The position numbers and the translations under genes were made by a program. This document shows positions 1 to 13,723 of a DNA stretch of 64,000 nucleotides, piece by piece. This DNA is from Macrostomum hystrix (Eukaryota > Animalia > Platyhelminthes): positions 16,740,001 through 16,804,000 of the forward strand of contig CATNEN010000039.1 in assembly GCA_950097015.1 (NCBI GenBank), read 5' to 3'. The notes under the pieces are model-generated. The model had not been told where the DNA came from and did not search any database. It saw nothing but the letters and a program-made list of their open reading frames with translations. How positions within the stretch are numbered: the stretch's first letter is position 1; each line of letters begins with the position of its first letter.

Positions 1-1257
1 GTTATAAGTTAAAACTCGGTTAACCGGACAAATAACAACTGCCTAAAAATAATGCTTCTTTAAATCGATAAGCATATTATTTCTGCTTAGCTGTGCTCAA
101 GGTGGCAATTTAAAATAAAAATTCTAAATATTCTTTTTTGATTATTACAGAGACATTATTAGAACTCTTATAGCATTCATCATGAGATAAGAAAAAGCAA
201 AGCATAAGTTAAAATAGAAACATAAGAGCAAATTTTAACTTTGCTTTGACCAAAGCGACTGTCTTTTTAACCTGACTAAATAGTAGGGTCTTGTTCAGCA
301 GGTCAGATTTTGTTCTGATGCCTTTAACTTTTAATATATTTATTATGAAATCGTACAAGTAATTAGCATTTTATTTGTTTCACTGTGTAACAGTGCCAAA
401 TATGTAGTTTGACAAATCCGGTAGATTTAATTTAAAAATACACTTCCGCTTACAAACGTACACGCAAACGTATTCGTAAACGTGAGTTATCTGCCGTTCA
501 GTAACAGCACCTCCTCAATGCTATTTGCGTATTGTCCAGTTCATAATTTGAAAAGCTTGGACTGCTTAAGCATATTAAAGTTAATATTGGTCAGTGATGT
601 GTAAATTGTTGAGTCTTTGACATGAAAGTCATGATTTATTTTTATTTTAACAATGATGGAATACAAACCTAACTATACAGTACTTTTGTTACGAAGTACA
701 ATAAATCAAGAAGACATCAACGGACTACAGTTCAATTACATAATAATATCTCATAGAAGCACAAATACGATGCGTACATGCGATGCAGACACTTGCAGTT
801 TTTTTCTACAGTTCAGGCATTAGAGGTACGACCTACCCATAGCTTTGTGTCTTTAAGAGGGGGTACAACGGCTAAAACAGCAACGTCTCTGACAGGGGCA
901 GAACATTTGAGTGTTTTAATTGTGCGCATACATGTACGTTTGATAATTGTCTGCAAAAAAAGCTTTTCGAATACCGAAAGTGTACATTGCACGGCATGCC
1001 AACTAAACAATTGGCTTCGCTCCACCCATTATAGAAGGCGCTGTTTCCACACAGCCACTGGCCACAGTACTAGCAGTGTGTACTACTAAAATAGGTTTTT
1101 GTTCTTTCATTTTGGCCTGGCAAGCGCTCCTGTCTGTCTGCATGCCATTCTATAAAAGGCCAATTTAAATGGAACGAAAATAAATAAAGTTGAAAACGAT
1201 AAAGTTATATAGTCGTATTTGATATTGACCACACTCGAGTGAGGAATTTTCGAGATC

Positions 1258-1279
1258 ACACACACACACACACACACAC
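1258..1279. repeat. (CA)n microsatellite just upstream of the ATG
   Basis: Uninterrupted CA run. Confidence 0.9.
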
Positions 1280-1288
1280 AAATCAGGC

Positions 1289-4200
1289 ATGCAGAAATGG
1301 ACACTTACGAACCTCAACGACGTAGCCACAGTGAGTACTGAAGATCATCAGCCTTCTAATGAATGGAAGGAAGCCGTACAACTTCGACGTCAGCCGACAG
1401 TTTTTGTAGAGGCTATCGACGAAACTGGAGCCAATTATGTCGACCATGAGTTTACCAGGGACGGTTATTCATCATGGCCAAGAATTGGAAGCGAGACGCA
1501 GTACTTGTTCACGACTAGCAAAGAGACGGAGCTGTTTGAGACTCGGTCTCATTCGTTGATCGAGGCAAACTTGGCGCCTCCTCCGCCGCCGCCTCGATGG
1601 TCCCGGGGCAGCAGCGGCGGCAGCTCGGACGGGACCGGATCAAACGATGAAGACTCAACAGGCACCGACGCTGCATCGAACACGACAGAGGAAGGGGAAG
1701 AAGAAGATCCTGAGTTTCTGTTTGTGCCGCAGGGTGGCAGCAAGCAACCGCCGGAGTTGAAAAGTATTCAAGAAATTCTCCGCGATGGCGGCAGCAGCAC
1801 GATGTACTTCTCCTCCAAGTTGCCTAGCAACGGCAGATGCCTTTACCCGATTCTGGAGGAAAGCTCGGATGAGATATCTGATGAAGCCGAAACTGATGTC
1901 GATCAGGACGATGCTGATTCAGTCTTTCGGCTGACAGCTGCAGAGACAATAAAATGTAAGTTCGTTCGTCCATACACAATGAAATTAGGTATCACTTTTA
2001 TTCATTCTGCTGCCATAATATTGTTCATATCTTCTGGAGGGCTGTTGGCTCTTGCGCATTGGTACAATAGCCATGCAGCGAGTAGGGAAGGGTGAGTGGC
2101 AGAGCTTTTAACGCGTTTGCCTCTCGCACCAAGGTGCCTGAGCTCGATTCCGCGGCGAGGCCACAATTGCTTGTCGTGCAATTTACACCCTTAAGGGCCA
2201 ACCTCTAAGGGACAGTGAGCTGTACACTGCCTGACGATGAGAAAGTCAGGGCAGATGTACACACCTGTGTGAGGGTGTGCCTGCTTACGGTATCCGTGTG
2301 AGTGTGTGCTCAGGAGTCAGCGAAATGGGCAGAATTGCCTTCTCGCTGGCTGCGGATCCAGTGTCACCCAAAATTGTCCCATTGCCCACTGCCCTCCTGC
2401 AATTATTTTTATTAAATGTTTTTTGGTTTATTATTTATTTTACTTTATATATAATTATTATTATGCAACGAGTAGGCATCTGCAAATTTCACAGACTCTT
2501 GAAAACACCCAAACGCGCACAGATACCATCTCAGGCATACACTCTCACATGTGTGTGTACATCTGTACATTAAATAGGCAGCTTGGTTCCTACATTCATT
2601 TGACCAACAAAATAATTCGATTGATTGTTATTAACTATTGTCAGAATCTGTTATGCTGAACCAACCCTGAAAATGTCAACTGTTGTCAAGCCACTTATGT
2701 GACTGGCCTGGCCCGAGCCTTGGGGAACATTCTCCCGCGTGCTTCTCCCTCTCATGCTTCGATCTCATTCTCCCCTAACCCTGTCTAACCCTGGAGCAGT
2801 CAACGCAATAGCCATACTATAGAATTGAAGGGCGAGAAAGAGAATTAAAAAACAGAGATATAGGAAGTGCGTGATAGTTCATGCGCGCATTCATTGGACA
2901 GCAGTGCTTCTCAAATCGGTACTACAATTTTCGACCAGAGCGTGCTATCTGTAGAGGACTATATACAGAGGAAATCAATAAGCCAAGCTTTTAACTTCGG
3001 AACGTATAAGAGTGAATAATACGGACTATAATGCAATCACTTCGACCAAGCCTGTATCTTCCAGGGAGCGGCGCCAGTTGTCTCTAACAATATAATATTG
3101 AAGCTTTTATAATAGCTTCAATGGAATAAGAGTCGGAACTTCTTTGAGCTTGAGGACAGCAAAGCCCAGCTATATGAAGGCTTAGCACTAAATTCTCATG
3201 CTATTTTTGTCAGCAAAAATAACAATCCTAAGACAACAAAAAAATTTGGCATCATAAAAAGATTGCATTCAACTTAACACCAAAAGAACTTTATAGAGAT
3301 ATTTATTTCAAAGATATCTTTTAAAATACTTTTTATCGGTAAGAAATTTTGCTAAAGTAATTTTTTTTACTCATAGCAGTATCTCTATAGATGTCATGTA
3401 AATGTGGGTATGAGTTTTCTGGACTTTCACGCTGGACGATTCTAAGAATGACGCTTTAAATGACACAACCTTGTACATACGATTCCAGGTGTGTGCCAAA
3501 CAGACGAGACAAGGTGCAAGGTAGGTATGTTGCTTATTGGACTACTTTGTAACTATAGCAACAATAGAAACAGAATCGATTTCCATGTTTTCCTTTATTA
3601 TTTATGCACAGCAGAGCTCAACCAGCAGAAGCCGATCATCCTTGAGTTCAACGTCAAGTTCAACATCCACCTACTCGGAGTCCTCAGAGGCGTCAGTGGA
3701 TTTCGACCTGCGCGTGCCTCACGCTAAACACGATTTCGAATTTACTGAGCCGCTACAGCAGCTGCAGACTGTCGAAGATATGCGCCGTTGGAGTCTAAGG
3801 CTGCAGCCGCAACAACTAGACGCCATTGCGGAGGCGGAGAGTGCTTCAGCTTCATCATCGTCATCGTCAGATAATGAAGATGATGTATCAGATTTTGGCG
3901 GAAGCCATTGCGAAATGCAGCCTGGCGAAGTGACATCGATTGAGAAACGCAGCTATGGTGGTCTAGGTAAGCAAGACCTCCTCTTCTTAATACAGATAGG
4001 CTATATTAGGCTGCAAAGCCAGTGGCACAGTCGCAGCTGTTGCGTGGCGCTTCCAAAGACTGCATATACTGCAGTTCAGTCCGTGGACTGGGAAGTGATG
4101 AGTTCCTTATATAATAAATAGCTCGAAATTGGAGGTGGGCTGCGGGCAATGGCATATCATGACACAAGACCAGCAGCCAGCAAGGAGCAATTCTGACCGA

Positions 4201-7200
4201 TTCGCTGACTTCTGAGCACAAACTCACACGGATACCGTACGCAGGCACACGCTCACACAGGTTGTGTACATATGCCCTGACTTTCCCATCGGCAGGAAGT
4301 GTACACTCTCGCTGTGACTTGGAGGCTGGCCCTCAATTGCGTAAATCTCACGTCAAGCCCCAAGCTTTATCTCCGCAGCTGCGCCTGAAGAATCGAGCTC
4401 AAGGACCTTGGTGCGAGAGGCAAATACGTTAGAATGCTATGCCACTCACCCCCTGATGAGTTCCTTAGGAACCCCTAACATTTTAGTACCTAACAAGCCT
4501 CTTAAACTTGTCTTAAGCTTCTTCCAATGGGTTTCTGTTTGGCGGAACAATAATGTGCAAATCAGCTGCAAAGCTCTCGCTTGTAATGCGTCACCTCTCC
4601 ATAGCTAGACTTATTTTTTGCCAGACTATTAAGGCCTTCTATAGATCACAAATGAGTAGATCTCACTTGTCTACTCGATCTAGGGCAACATTCAAGAGAA
4701 CGAAGGTATTTTCAGACCTGAACAGTAAAAAATCGATGGGGTACTTCCTGAAGCTATACTTCCAGAATCACTCAACATCGCCATCGTCAAAATATTCAAC
4801 GATTCTCGTCAAGGTGTCTCGTGGCAAAAACCACCGATATAGGTGGTTTTATTTTTTACCTTTCTGCTCACAAAACTTCACCATGTCTGCTATTATTGTT
4901 TATCAAAATGTATTGATTATAGTGTTAATTTTTGACGCGTGATTGGTTGGTCCTCATTTGATCCCATTAGATTGGTTATAATGAACGTTTATGTGCGCAT
5001 TGTGATTTAAATGCAAATTTTGCGTTCATTTTTCACATAGGCTACTTAACCATTTAAAAATTGAAATACTTCAATACTAGGACTAAATTTGTCCGCGATT
5101 AAACGATTTGAAAAAATTTAAAAAAGGCCGGTGCACCTTCCCTAATTTCTACTCTAGCTGATGCTCGTACCAATGGTTTAACAGCTTGGGTGAGCTCATC
5201 AACGCAGTCGCTTTAAGTCGTGAGGAAAAGAATTCGAGAATCGAACTCGCGACTTTCAAGTCATAAGTCCGGCGCTCTAACCCCTAGGCTGCAATCTAGG
5301 ATTCTGGAGTGTTTAAGATGGGATTCTGGAGTGTTTGAGATGGGATTCTGAAGGGTTTGAGATAGGATTCTAAAGGGTTTGAAATAGTATTCTAAAGGGT
5401 TTGAAATGGGATTTTGAAGGGTTTGAGATGGGATTTTGAAGGGTTTGAGATGGGATTCTGAAGGGTTTGAGATAGGATTCTAAAGGGTTTGAAATGGGAT
5501 TTTGAAGGGTTTGAGATGGGATTTTGAAGGGTTTGAGATAGGATTCTGAAGGGTTTGAGATGGGATTCTGAAGGGTTTGAGATGGGATTCTGAAGGATTT
5601 GAGATGGGATTCTGAAGGGTTTGAAATGGGATTCTGAAGGATTTGAGATGGGATTTTGAAGGGTTTGAGATAGGATTCTGAAGGGTTTGAAATGGGATTC
5701 TGAAGGGTTTGAGATGGGATTCTGAAGGATTTGAGATGGGATTCTGAAGGGTTTGAAATGGGATTCTGAAGGATTCGAGATGGGATTCTGAAGGGTTTGA
5801 GATGGGATTCTGAAGGGTTTGAAATGGGATTCTGAAGTGTTCTGAATTCTCTCCACCACGCGGGAGCTATTGCAAATGCCTACTTCACAATAGTTCCCAA
5901 ACCGAATGACCGATTTTCGTGAAATTCCACCTTCAGAATTTTTTTCTCGTTACGATGTACTAACTTTTAAGGACGTCCGACGTCAGCATGGTCGAGATAT
6001 TCAGCGATTCCATTCGGAGACCCTGGTGACAAGGCCAACTAGCATTGCTCTGTATAAAACTCATTGGCGAATCCATATTGGCTAAAAAAAGATATTTATT
6101 TAATATACGAGCGTAGACAACAATAAGAGAAGACATGGTTACATGATAAAATTTTTTTAACAGAAATATTTTGCCTAAACTGGTGGTTTTGCCATAGGAC
6201 ACCCCATAGGAAACATGAAAATGTACTTTTTTCAGGGCTTTAAAAGCCTTTATATATTATATATATTATTATATATTATACAGGCGATTATTATTATTCC
6301 GATATCAGTGCAATGAGCGACCTGTTGCAAATACTCAAGCATCCATACTTTCTACCACTTTATCCAGCTTCTTCCACTGCGTGTGACGCGCCAGTGCGAG
6401 TAGTGGCTTGCTCACGGGCGCAGGTTCGTGACGCCAGCGGCCGACCCACAGGCGATGAAGCCAGCGCCGTCACAGAAGCGACTGGTGCGACAGTTGGCGT
6501 AGCGGTGGCCCGAGCAGCTGCCCGTGCTGCCAGCATCGCGACATCAACGGTTGTAAGAAGCGGCGGCGCTGCTGGCGGAGCTAGCCGCTATCGTATTCTC
6601 ATCTCGACCCAGTGCGATGTTGAGCACAGCCCTACTCACAGCACTGGAGACGTTAATGACGGCTGGTGCCAGCCAATAGAAGGGCCTGAAGTCTTGCCTG
6701 GCTTACCGGAGAATAAAATAGAAAACGAGCACATTCTCAAGCTTCTGCCAGCGTTAGATCAAACCAATACAGCCAGCTCCAAGCCCAGCATCCACACAAT
6801 GATCTCAGAGGAACATCTGATTGTCAAGTCATCTGAATCGAGCCTTCCTCAAGCAGAGGCGACAGTCGAGAGCGCATACATTGTGTCATCAGGAGATGAA
6901 GAATCATCCTCCGAGGTAGAGAATGAGGAAGCAAATGAGAGCGAAAATTTGCAGACATCTGGAAGCGAGGCTAGCGCTGTTCAATGGTCGGAGCTTCATA
7001 CCCAAGCAGCTGCTTACCGTTCGGTTCTACAGAACCAGTCTAATCCTCAGCAAGCTGTATTAGCACAGTCATCAAACTCTGACAGACCTGATGTACACAA
7101 TCGACTGCAGCTAGACGAAGAGAGGCTTCGCCGAGCCAGGCAGACCTGTCTCAACGGTCAGCACTCGCTCAGGGAACAGCTGCTAGCCAGAGGGCAGTAC

Positions 7201-10200
7201 CAGACAGGATTAACTGAAAGAGTTGATACATTTCAGCCTTCAAATATGAAAAAAAACAGCGATGCCGAGCAGGTGTCCAGCGGCATGCCGGTTGGTTTGC
7301 AACCGCTTCGTGAATTACTTGACGACAATCTTGCACGCAAAATTCATCACCCGCCACAGAAGCTTCGGAGCTATCGATCAACCGATTTGGACAGTCTAGA
7401 TGACTTTGATAGCCACCGCGGTGGTACTATTTTGAATGCGCTTGAAACTCAGCCTGGCCAATTTAACTCCGTGTCGCTATTCGATCTTTCTCGATCAACA
7501 CTGGCATTTAACCGACTGGGGAACACATTCAGCACTTCACTGGTGGAAACAAACATCGACACTGGGGAAGAGACTTGTCATACCATTGTTAAAGAGACAG
7601 ATATTGACAACCTGCAGCAGCTGCCTGAATTTCAGTCGCCTGCGTCAATTAAGAGACGCTCCCGAAGTTTGCTGAACCTGACCGGTAGTGTCGACAGCAA
7701 GGACCGCGAGTCCGCAGCCGAGGTTGGCGTCGGAAACACGATTAGTCGCTCAGGCTCTAAGCGAAGAAGCAAAAAGAAAAAACGCAAGAGCTTCATTGAA
7801 CGTCTAGAAGAAAGGGCCACAAGTGATCCAGAAAAAGAGATCTGCAGGTCGCTGTCGCGTCTTAAAATACCGGCCTGGATGGACAAAATGCCGCTAAATG
7901 GGTGCAGCACTGCTGGATATGAGAGTCGCTACTCGAGGCGCAAAGCAGCGAACACACGAGCCAGCGCGAGTGTTGACGATATCGCTGACTCGGAGACTCT
8001 AAATAGCACCCTAGCAACTGACGAAATCGCTGATTTGGACGAATCTTCTACAGATCTTCCGGTACACGAGGAGGGCTTCCTAAAACCGGTCATTCTCCCA
8101 ACCTGCGTTAGCCTGCCTTGCTTGCTTGCAGTTCGACCTGTTGAGGCTCATCAAATTTGCCATGTCGGGCTAGTTAATAATGAAACCCAGTTGCACTTGG
8201 CTAACAACGACCAGCCTCCAGCAGTGCTAAAAACTCGTAGCCAGTTAATAAAAGAGGGGAAGGAATTCAGACGACAACGGTTAGTTGAATTGCAGTCTCG
8301 AATGCAACGACCATCGTTAGAGCCGGTGACCCTGACACCAAATGACTTTCTGCCCAAATCTAAACGGGTGCCATCTCCTTCAACAAGAAACCTGCCCACG
8401 CAGACATCTGTGCGACCGAAGTCGCTAAACATAACAGGAAACTCCGTTGCATCTTCGTCGCTTCGAAAGTCCGCATCGTATTTAAGCGCTTCAAATAGTG
8501 TTCCTCCACAGCTGCCACCGAGATCTTCAATATCATCAGCTCGTATTCAAGCCATAGCGCTGGCGAAGGCAGCGCTCTCTGAAATGTCAAGCAAGACAGC
8601 AGAGCAGATTCCTGCTGAGACTAGTGCTGCGCCACCGCCACCTCCGAGAAGCTCGGGAGTTCGAGGATTGTCAGGCCGAGAGGTGGCTTCGACTACTGCT
8701 AGTGGAGCTACTATAGCTCAGAAGTCCAACTGCATGACGGGAAAAAAGGATAAAACGAACCATGCCCCGCCACCGCCGCAACGGAGCCCAGTGACGCAGG
8801 TAAACAAAGCTCGACACGAAGCTATCGCATCTGCCACGGCGGCAATTGCGTCTCTGAAAATAAAAAACTCCGAGACCACTGCGAATGAGATTCCTCCGCC
8901 ACCTCCAAGACGGAAGACTGCGCAGTTTCTGTCTCCAGACTGGCAAGAAGACAAGTCAGACAAGCAACACAATGGTTACAAAACTGGTTACAAGACAAAG
9001 AAAAATACGGTTGACCAAGAGCAGGAAATGGTGCTGCAGTCATCTTCACCAAAGATGAACGAACAGGAGAATAAAACTTCATCACCGCAATTTGATGGCA
9101 ATCATCGAAATGACTTATCTCGTATCAACTGTGGAGACAAGCTTTCGTCACCAAGACAAGCGACATCTCGACCATACCCCACAGCAAGCCAAAAAAAAAT
9201 AGGACAGAAAATATTTCAATCTAGCGATTCGCATCAAGCGCTTAAGCATCTCGGAGAAGCATCACAGACACAGGAAATAGGCACGGACAAAACAAAGGTT
9301 CCAGCCCTACCCCAGACTCATCAAAGTCATTTGGATAGCTCAGACACTTCAGATAGGAGTAATTATGTAACAAAATTATCCAATTCATTTGATTATCAGC
9401 CAGCAACACCTTCGCGGGGAGAAAAATCGCCTCTTTCACTGACAGCGTCAGCGAGGTCTGTCCCATCTTATAACGGAGGAGGAACACCTACCCGTTCGAA
9501 TGGTTCAGTGGCTCAGAACTCATTAAATATCGATAGCGCCGACTCTACAGAAGAGAGTACAGTAGTACAGACCTCTGTCGTATACAGACGAATTGTTCGC
9601 CAGACAATCGAATATCCAGAGAGACCAGACTGTGAGAAAAAGACAAACTCAGGTGGTGCAACAGAGAAGCCGGCTAATTTAGACAGCGTTCTTGGCTGTC
9701 AGACCAAGCCAGAAGTAGTTTCTGCTGAGGCACATCGTGGTCTTCTAGAGTTCTTGGACACCCAGCTAGAACAATACAAAGAGTCTCTCGCTGACCTGCA
9801 GCAGGATGGCTTTCGCCGCGTCGGCAAGTACGCAGAGATGATTGCAGCGTTGAATGCAGCCAAAGATGACCAACTATTAGAAGAGGCACCAGAGAATGCA
9901 TTCGATGGTTATTTGGGCACGGAAGACTCAGTCTGCCGTCAGAAACTCATCAGTTGGCTACTGCGGAGACCGTACACTCACCGTCGCATTGCACATCTGG
10001 CACGAGCGTCCCACCGGTGCCTCGGCCGAGGCTGTGTGCTCCTTGTATTCGAAGTGAAGGACAACAGCGAGCAGTCACTGTTGAAATCGCCAGTTTATGC
10101 GCCCATTGATGAGCTTCGTAAAGCTGGTGCCGTGTCCGCATCTAGCGAGCTGATCGACGCCTGCGACCACTACAGCCCGGAAGATGAATTTGTGGTCTGC

Positions 10201-10593
10201 CTGGCCGCCGGCAATGCACGCCTCTGGGCTCGGATAGCAGCCTCACCGCAGCGAGCGCAGACGCCGCAGCCGCCACCGCGAGAGCGAAGGCAGCTTTTCG
10301 TGACTAGCTTAAGGCGCTCCCTTCGAGATCGTGGAGTCAGTCTGCGGCATCACTACCCGGAGCTGCACGAGCTGCTAGAGTCCTACACCGATACAGGTGA
10401 GGCATTTGCTCCAGTGACCATTCGGCCTGTGGATGCCGTCAGCGGTCGAGCGTTTGCGTGCAGCATCGCAGTGCCGTCAGCGAAGGATGGCGAATGGTGG
10501 GCAAACGACGACCTTCTCGGCAACCATTCGACAAATCTGGAAGAAAAATTTCACACGAAACGGAACGGCAACATAGTCTCAACTGAGCTCTGA
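1289..10593 (+). CDS. AJM1: AJM1 / apical junction component 1-like protein, 4 exons (1289-1955, 3489-3520, 3612-3966, 6368-10593), about 1759 aa
   Basis: All three introns are GT-AG and phase-compatible (5280 nt total). The C-terminus (LARASHRCLGRGCVLLVF...LIDACDHYSPEDEFVVCLA...LRDRGVSLRHHYPELHELL...FAPVTIRPVDAVSGRAFACSI) resembles the conserved C-terminal domain of AJM-1/C9orf172 proteins, recognised from memory. The rest is low-complexity, S/P-rich sequence. Confidence 0.7.
2090..2415 (+). mobile_element. tRNA-derived SINE, family A, copy 1 (internal deletion)
   Basis: A-box TGGCAGAGC and B-box-like GCTCGATTC; body shared with 4 other copies in the window; ATT-rich tail. Confidence 0.85.
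4112..4452 (-). mobile_element. tRNA-derived SINE, family A, copy 2
   Basis: Reverse-complement similarity to 23190-23557 along its length. Confidence 0.8.
5125..5292 (-). mobile_element. Second, unrelated tRNA-derived SINE fragment or tRNA pseudogene
   Basis: Minus strand reads AGCCTAGGGGTTAGAGCG...CTTATGA...GAGTTCGATTCTCG (A box, B box) with an unpaired anticodon stem. Followed by CACCCAAGCTGTTAAA..TTGGTAC, reminiscent of SINE core domains. Confidence 0.5.
5298..5840. repeat. 22-bp minisatellite (GGGATTCTGAAGGGTTTGAGAT)n in AJM1-like intron 3
   Basis: Direct tandem units; explains spurious ORF 5392-5859. Confidence 0.95.
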
Positions 10594-12268
10594 TCAGGGT
10601 GATAATTATCGAGCTTGAGACTATTTTGTGATTTTTCTTACAGTATTCCATTGTACGAGTACTTTAAAGTTTTTTTACTTTTAATTGTTTCGATTGCGTA
10701 CAGCTGTTTAGATTGTGACAGGGGCCAAGAGTACTCACTCATGTTTGAATTCAATTGATAGAGGATAATGGGATTTTATTTATTTTCTCTACTTATTATT
10801 TACTATCGGTTTCCAAGACTCTCATGTAAAGCCATGCCACTACTTATGCCTTTATTCTATAAATTTTATCTGCCTACTTAGAGTAACTTGTTTGGGTTAC
10901 GTTAAAGATATTTTCAAGACACTTACCTATATTTGTTAGCTTTAGCAGCTAGTAGAAGTTATTAGGAGTTATACTTTTTCGTTATTTCTAAGATGTAGTT
11001 AAAAATAAACATGAATTCGCTAATAAAATCATTATTTCTGCGTCAATCATATTATATTATTATCATATTATCATATCATATTGCATTAATTTATCGTTGT
11101 CTAAAAATGCCTCTTTTGGAAAATTTTTCAGATGTGCAGTGAATATTTCGCCTTTAATTACTGATATTAGTAGTAAAATGAGACTATTATTTCATATTGA
11201 AGTAAAGTTTTATTTTACTTTTATTCACAGAAAAGTTGTTGTCAGAGTTCAAATGATTATTATTATTATCATAATAAATAGTAGTCGAACGCCGCAAAAT
11301 TCATGTTAAAAACATGAATCGAATGAATCGGGTTAGCGTCATCGAGTCGGATTGGTAATACATCAATTGAAGAAAGAAGCTAATACGTTAAAAACTAACT
11401 AGGCGTGTTAACCGATGTAAGGTTAAAAGTAAAAAATGGGGATTTTCGCATTTTGATATTATACTCGTAATTATAGCCCAATTTGCAAAATGCCAAACAT
11501 GCGACATTTTTGAAACAAGTTTTCTACGATTTAAGTAAGGCCTTTTAGAGACCTTAGATGCGTACGTCGATGCATGCTGCTAATTTTTTTTAAGTTAAAG
11601 AATATCCTTCTCTCGTTGCTAAGCAACAGCTTCGCTTCGCGCGCGAGTTCCCAACAGAATGCTGCTATCGGGATGGGGAATAGCCAAATGTACATCTGTA
11701 GGTGAGCTCAGATGAAGCTCTCGTATAGCAAGCAAAGCATCCATGCACGTTAAGCATTGTAAATGCCAATTTCTAGTCCCTTCTCTCCAAGGACAAAAAG
11801 TGTATTCCCATCCCATCCTCTCTGTACCCACACAGAAGCTGCAGCGACATTGTTCTCGGCGGGTCGTTGCGGGTCGCCCAACTTGAGTTTTGCCGCACAC
11901 TGCATGCTGGAAGCTGCCAGGGATTCAGTAGATTTTCTCTCACCTCTCTCTATCTCTCTTTCTCTTTCCTCTTTCTTGGTTATTTAAAAAAACAGTTTCA
12001 GATCGTCAACTGAGTCGGTCTGCTCCTGAACTTTTACGGGTGAAGGGGGCTGTGGGTTAAACTGAATGTGGTGTCACGGCCGCTCACGTTTTAACATTAT
12101 TTGTTTTATGTGCTTAAATGTTCATTCGTGCAGACACAGGGAATGCTTATATTTTACTCATGTATTGTCAGCTCCAGTTGAATGATTCAGTACAAAGTAA
12201 AACGACTGTAGGCTGCAGGTAAGCTCACCCACTCCCCCATGCCCCAACAACAGTAGCTGGCCTGCTTA

Positions 12269-12335
12269 ATACTTAGAACAGGCCATACTTAGAACAGGCC
12301 ATACTTAGAACAAGCCATACTTAGAACAGGCCATA
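12269..12335. repeat. 16-bp tandem repeat (ATACTTAGAACAGGCC) x4
   Basis: Visible tandem copies. Confidence 0.9.
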
Positions 12336-12663
12336 GAAGCATTTTATCTTCGCCTTAAGTAAACACTCGTAGTAATTGTGCACTCATGGGATGCCTGCAT
12401 TACTAACTGACTAATAATATACAAGTGTAATAAACGGCCAAATAGTTGCTCGTAGTAACTGCTAAGTGAATTTTTTCATATAATAAGATGAAGCACGTTG
12501 CTTGAAGCAAAAATTTTACGATTATATAATTTCTAATGTCACAAGTGGAGAAATGAGAGATTTTTTGTTCTAAGCGATTCATTTGCCGAAATTCTTCAAA
12601 TTCACACTTCCTCGAAAGTATCTAGAATGAATGAAACTAATGATAAGATTTGTCATTTCTAAA

Positions 12664-13046
12664 TAGACACTGAGATTAGACACTTAGATTAGACACTGAG
12701 ATTAGACACTGAAATTAGACACTGAAATTAGACACTGAGATTAGACACTGTGATTAGACACTGAGATTAGACACTGAGATTAGACACTGAGATTAGACAC
12801 TGAGATTAGACACTGAGATTAGACACTGAGATTAGACACTGAGATTAGACACTGAGATTAGACACTGAGATTAGACACTGAGATTAGACACTGAGATTAG
12901 ACACTGAGATTAGACACTGAGATTAGACACTGAGATTAGACACTGAGATTAGACACTGAGATTAGACACTGAGATTAGACACTGAGATTAGACACTGAGA
13001 TTAGACACTGAGATTAGACACTGAGATTAGACACTGAGATTAGACA
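12664..13046. repeat. 13-bp minisatellite (TAGACACTGAGAT)n
   Basis: Near-perfect tandem array; inverted twin at 19167-19850. Confidence 0.95.
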
Positions 13047-13122
13047 ATGAGATGCAAAATACACTTGAAATTGGAAATGACGAGGTGCGTAGCGCTTAGG
13101 CGCGTAGGCTGGCTGTCGAATG

Positions 13123-13723
13123 AGCATGTCTTGATAAGTTGTTTCAGGCCGCTCACGAATGAGTCAATGCTCTCATGCTCGTTCTGCCTGCGTTGCCGAA
13201 ATTTGTAGCGCTCGAAAGTTTCGTTCGCACTCGGCTTGCAGTATTCTTCGAATTGTTTCGTCACTTTCGACAGCTCTGCGTCTCCTTTCGATTTCTCGAA
13301 AGTTGAATAAATCTCACGACCTTCTTCTCCGATGGCTGTTAGCAGTGTCGCTATTTGCACTTCAGCAGGTGATTCGTCACGCTTTGTTGCGGTCATATAG
13401 AGCTCGAACGCAGAAATCCATTTACTCCAGTTTTCCGCCTTGTGCTCATCAAAGCAGAATGGCTTTGGGGGTTTCAGCCCGCCGTCCATTTGAATCCAGA
13501 TCCAGTTGAGCAAAGTGCTGCGTTTGACTATTCAAATCCAGCGCCCTTCACAAGTGCACCTCTGACACCATGTTGTGTTCCGACACAGAAGTCTTAAGTT
13601 TCTAGATGCTAGGAAGGATATAGAGCAGCTGTGTAGCTCTATAAGTGCTCTTTTCTACTAATTTATTAGTCGTGTCCATAGACACATCAAACACACAGAG
13701 AATGTGTCTATCATAACATAACA
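13123..13723 (-). mobile_element. Truncated Ty3/Gypsy element: 5' LTR (about 13571-13723), PBS and gag N-terminus
   Basis: TGTTG...TAACA LTR, followed on the minus strand by PBS TGGTGTCAGAGGTG. Gag motifs: ENWSKWISAFELY, IATLLTAIGEEGREIY, FERYKFRQRRQNEHESIDSFV. Confidence 0.85.

Noticed and set aside
5236-5292. Functional tRNA gene
   Set aside because: Anticodon and acceptor stems do not pair; better explained as a SINE head or pseudogene
5392-5859. Repetitive ORFs (also 35632-35920, 36368-36808, 38861-39521 and short ORFs in mini-Helitrons)
   Set aside because: Translations of minisatellites or non-coding repeat units
6313-6367. ATG at 6313 as the gene start
   Set aside because: An acceptor at 6367/6368 joins upstream exons in phase, so 6313-6367 is probably intronic
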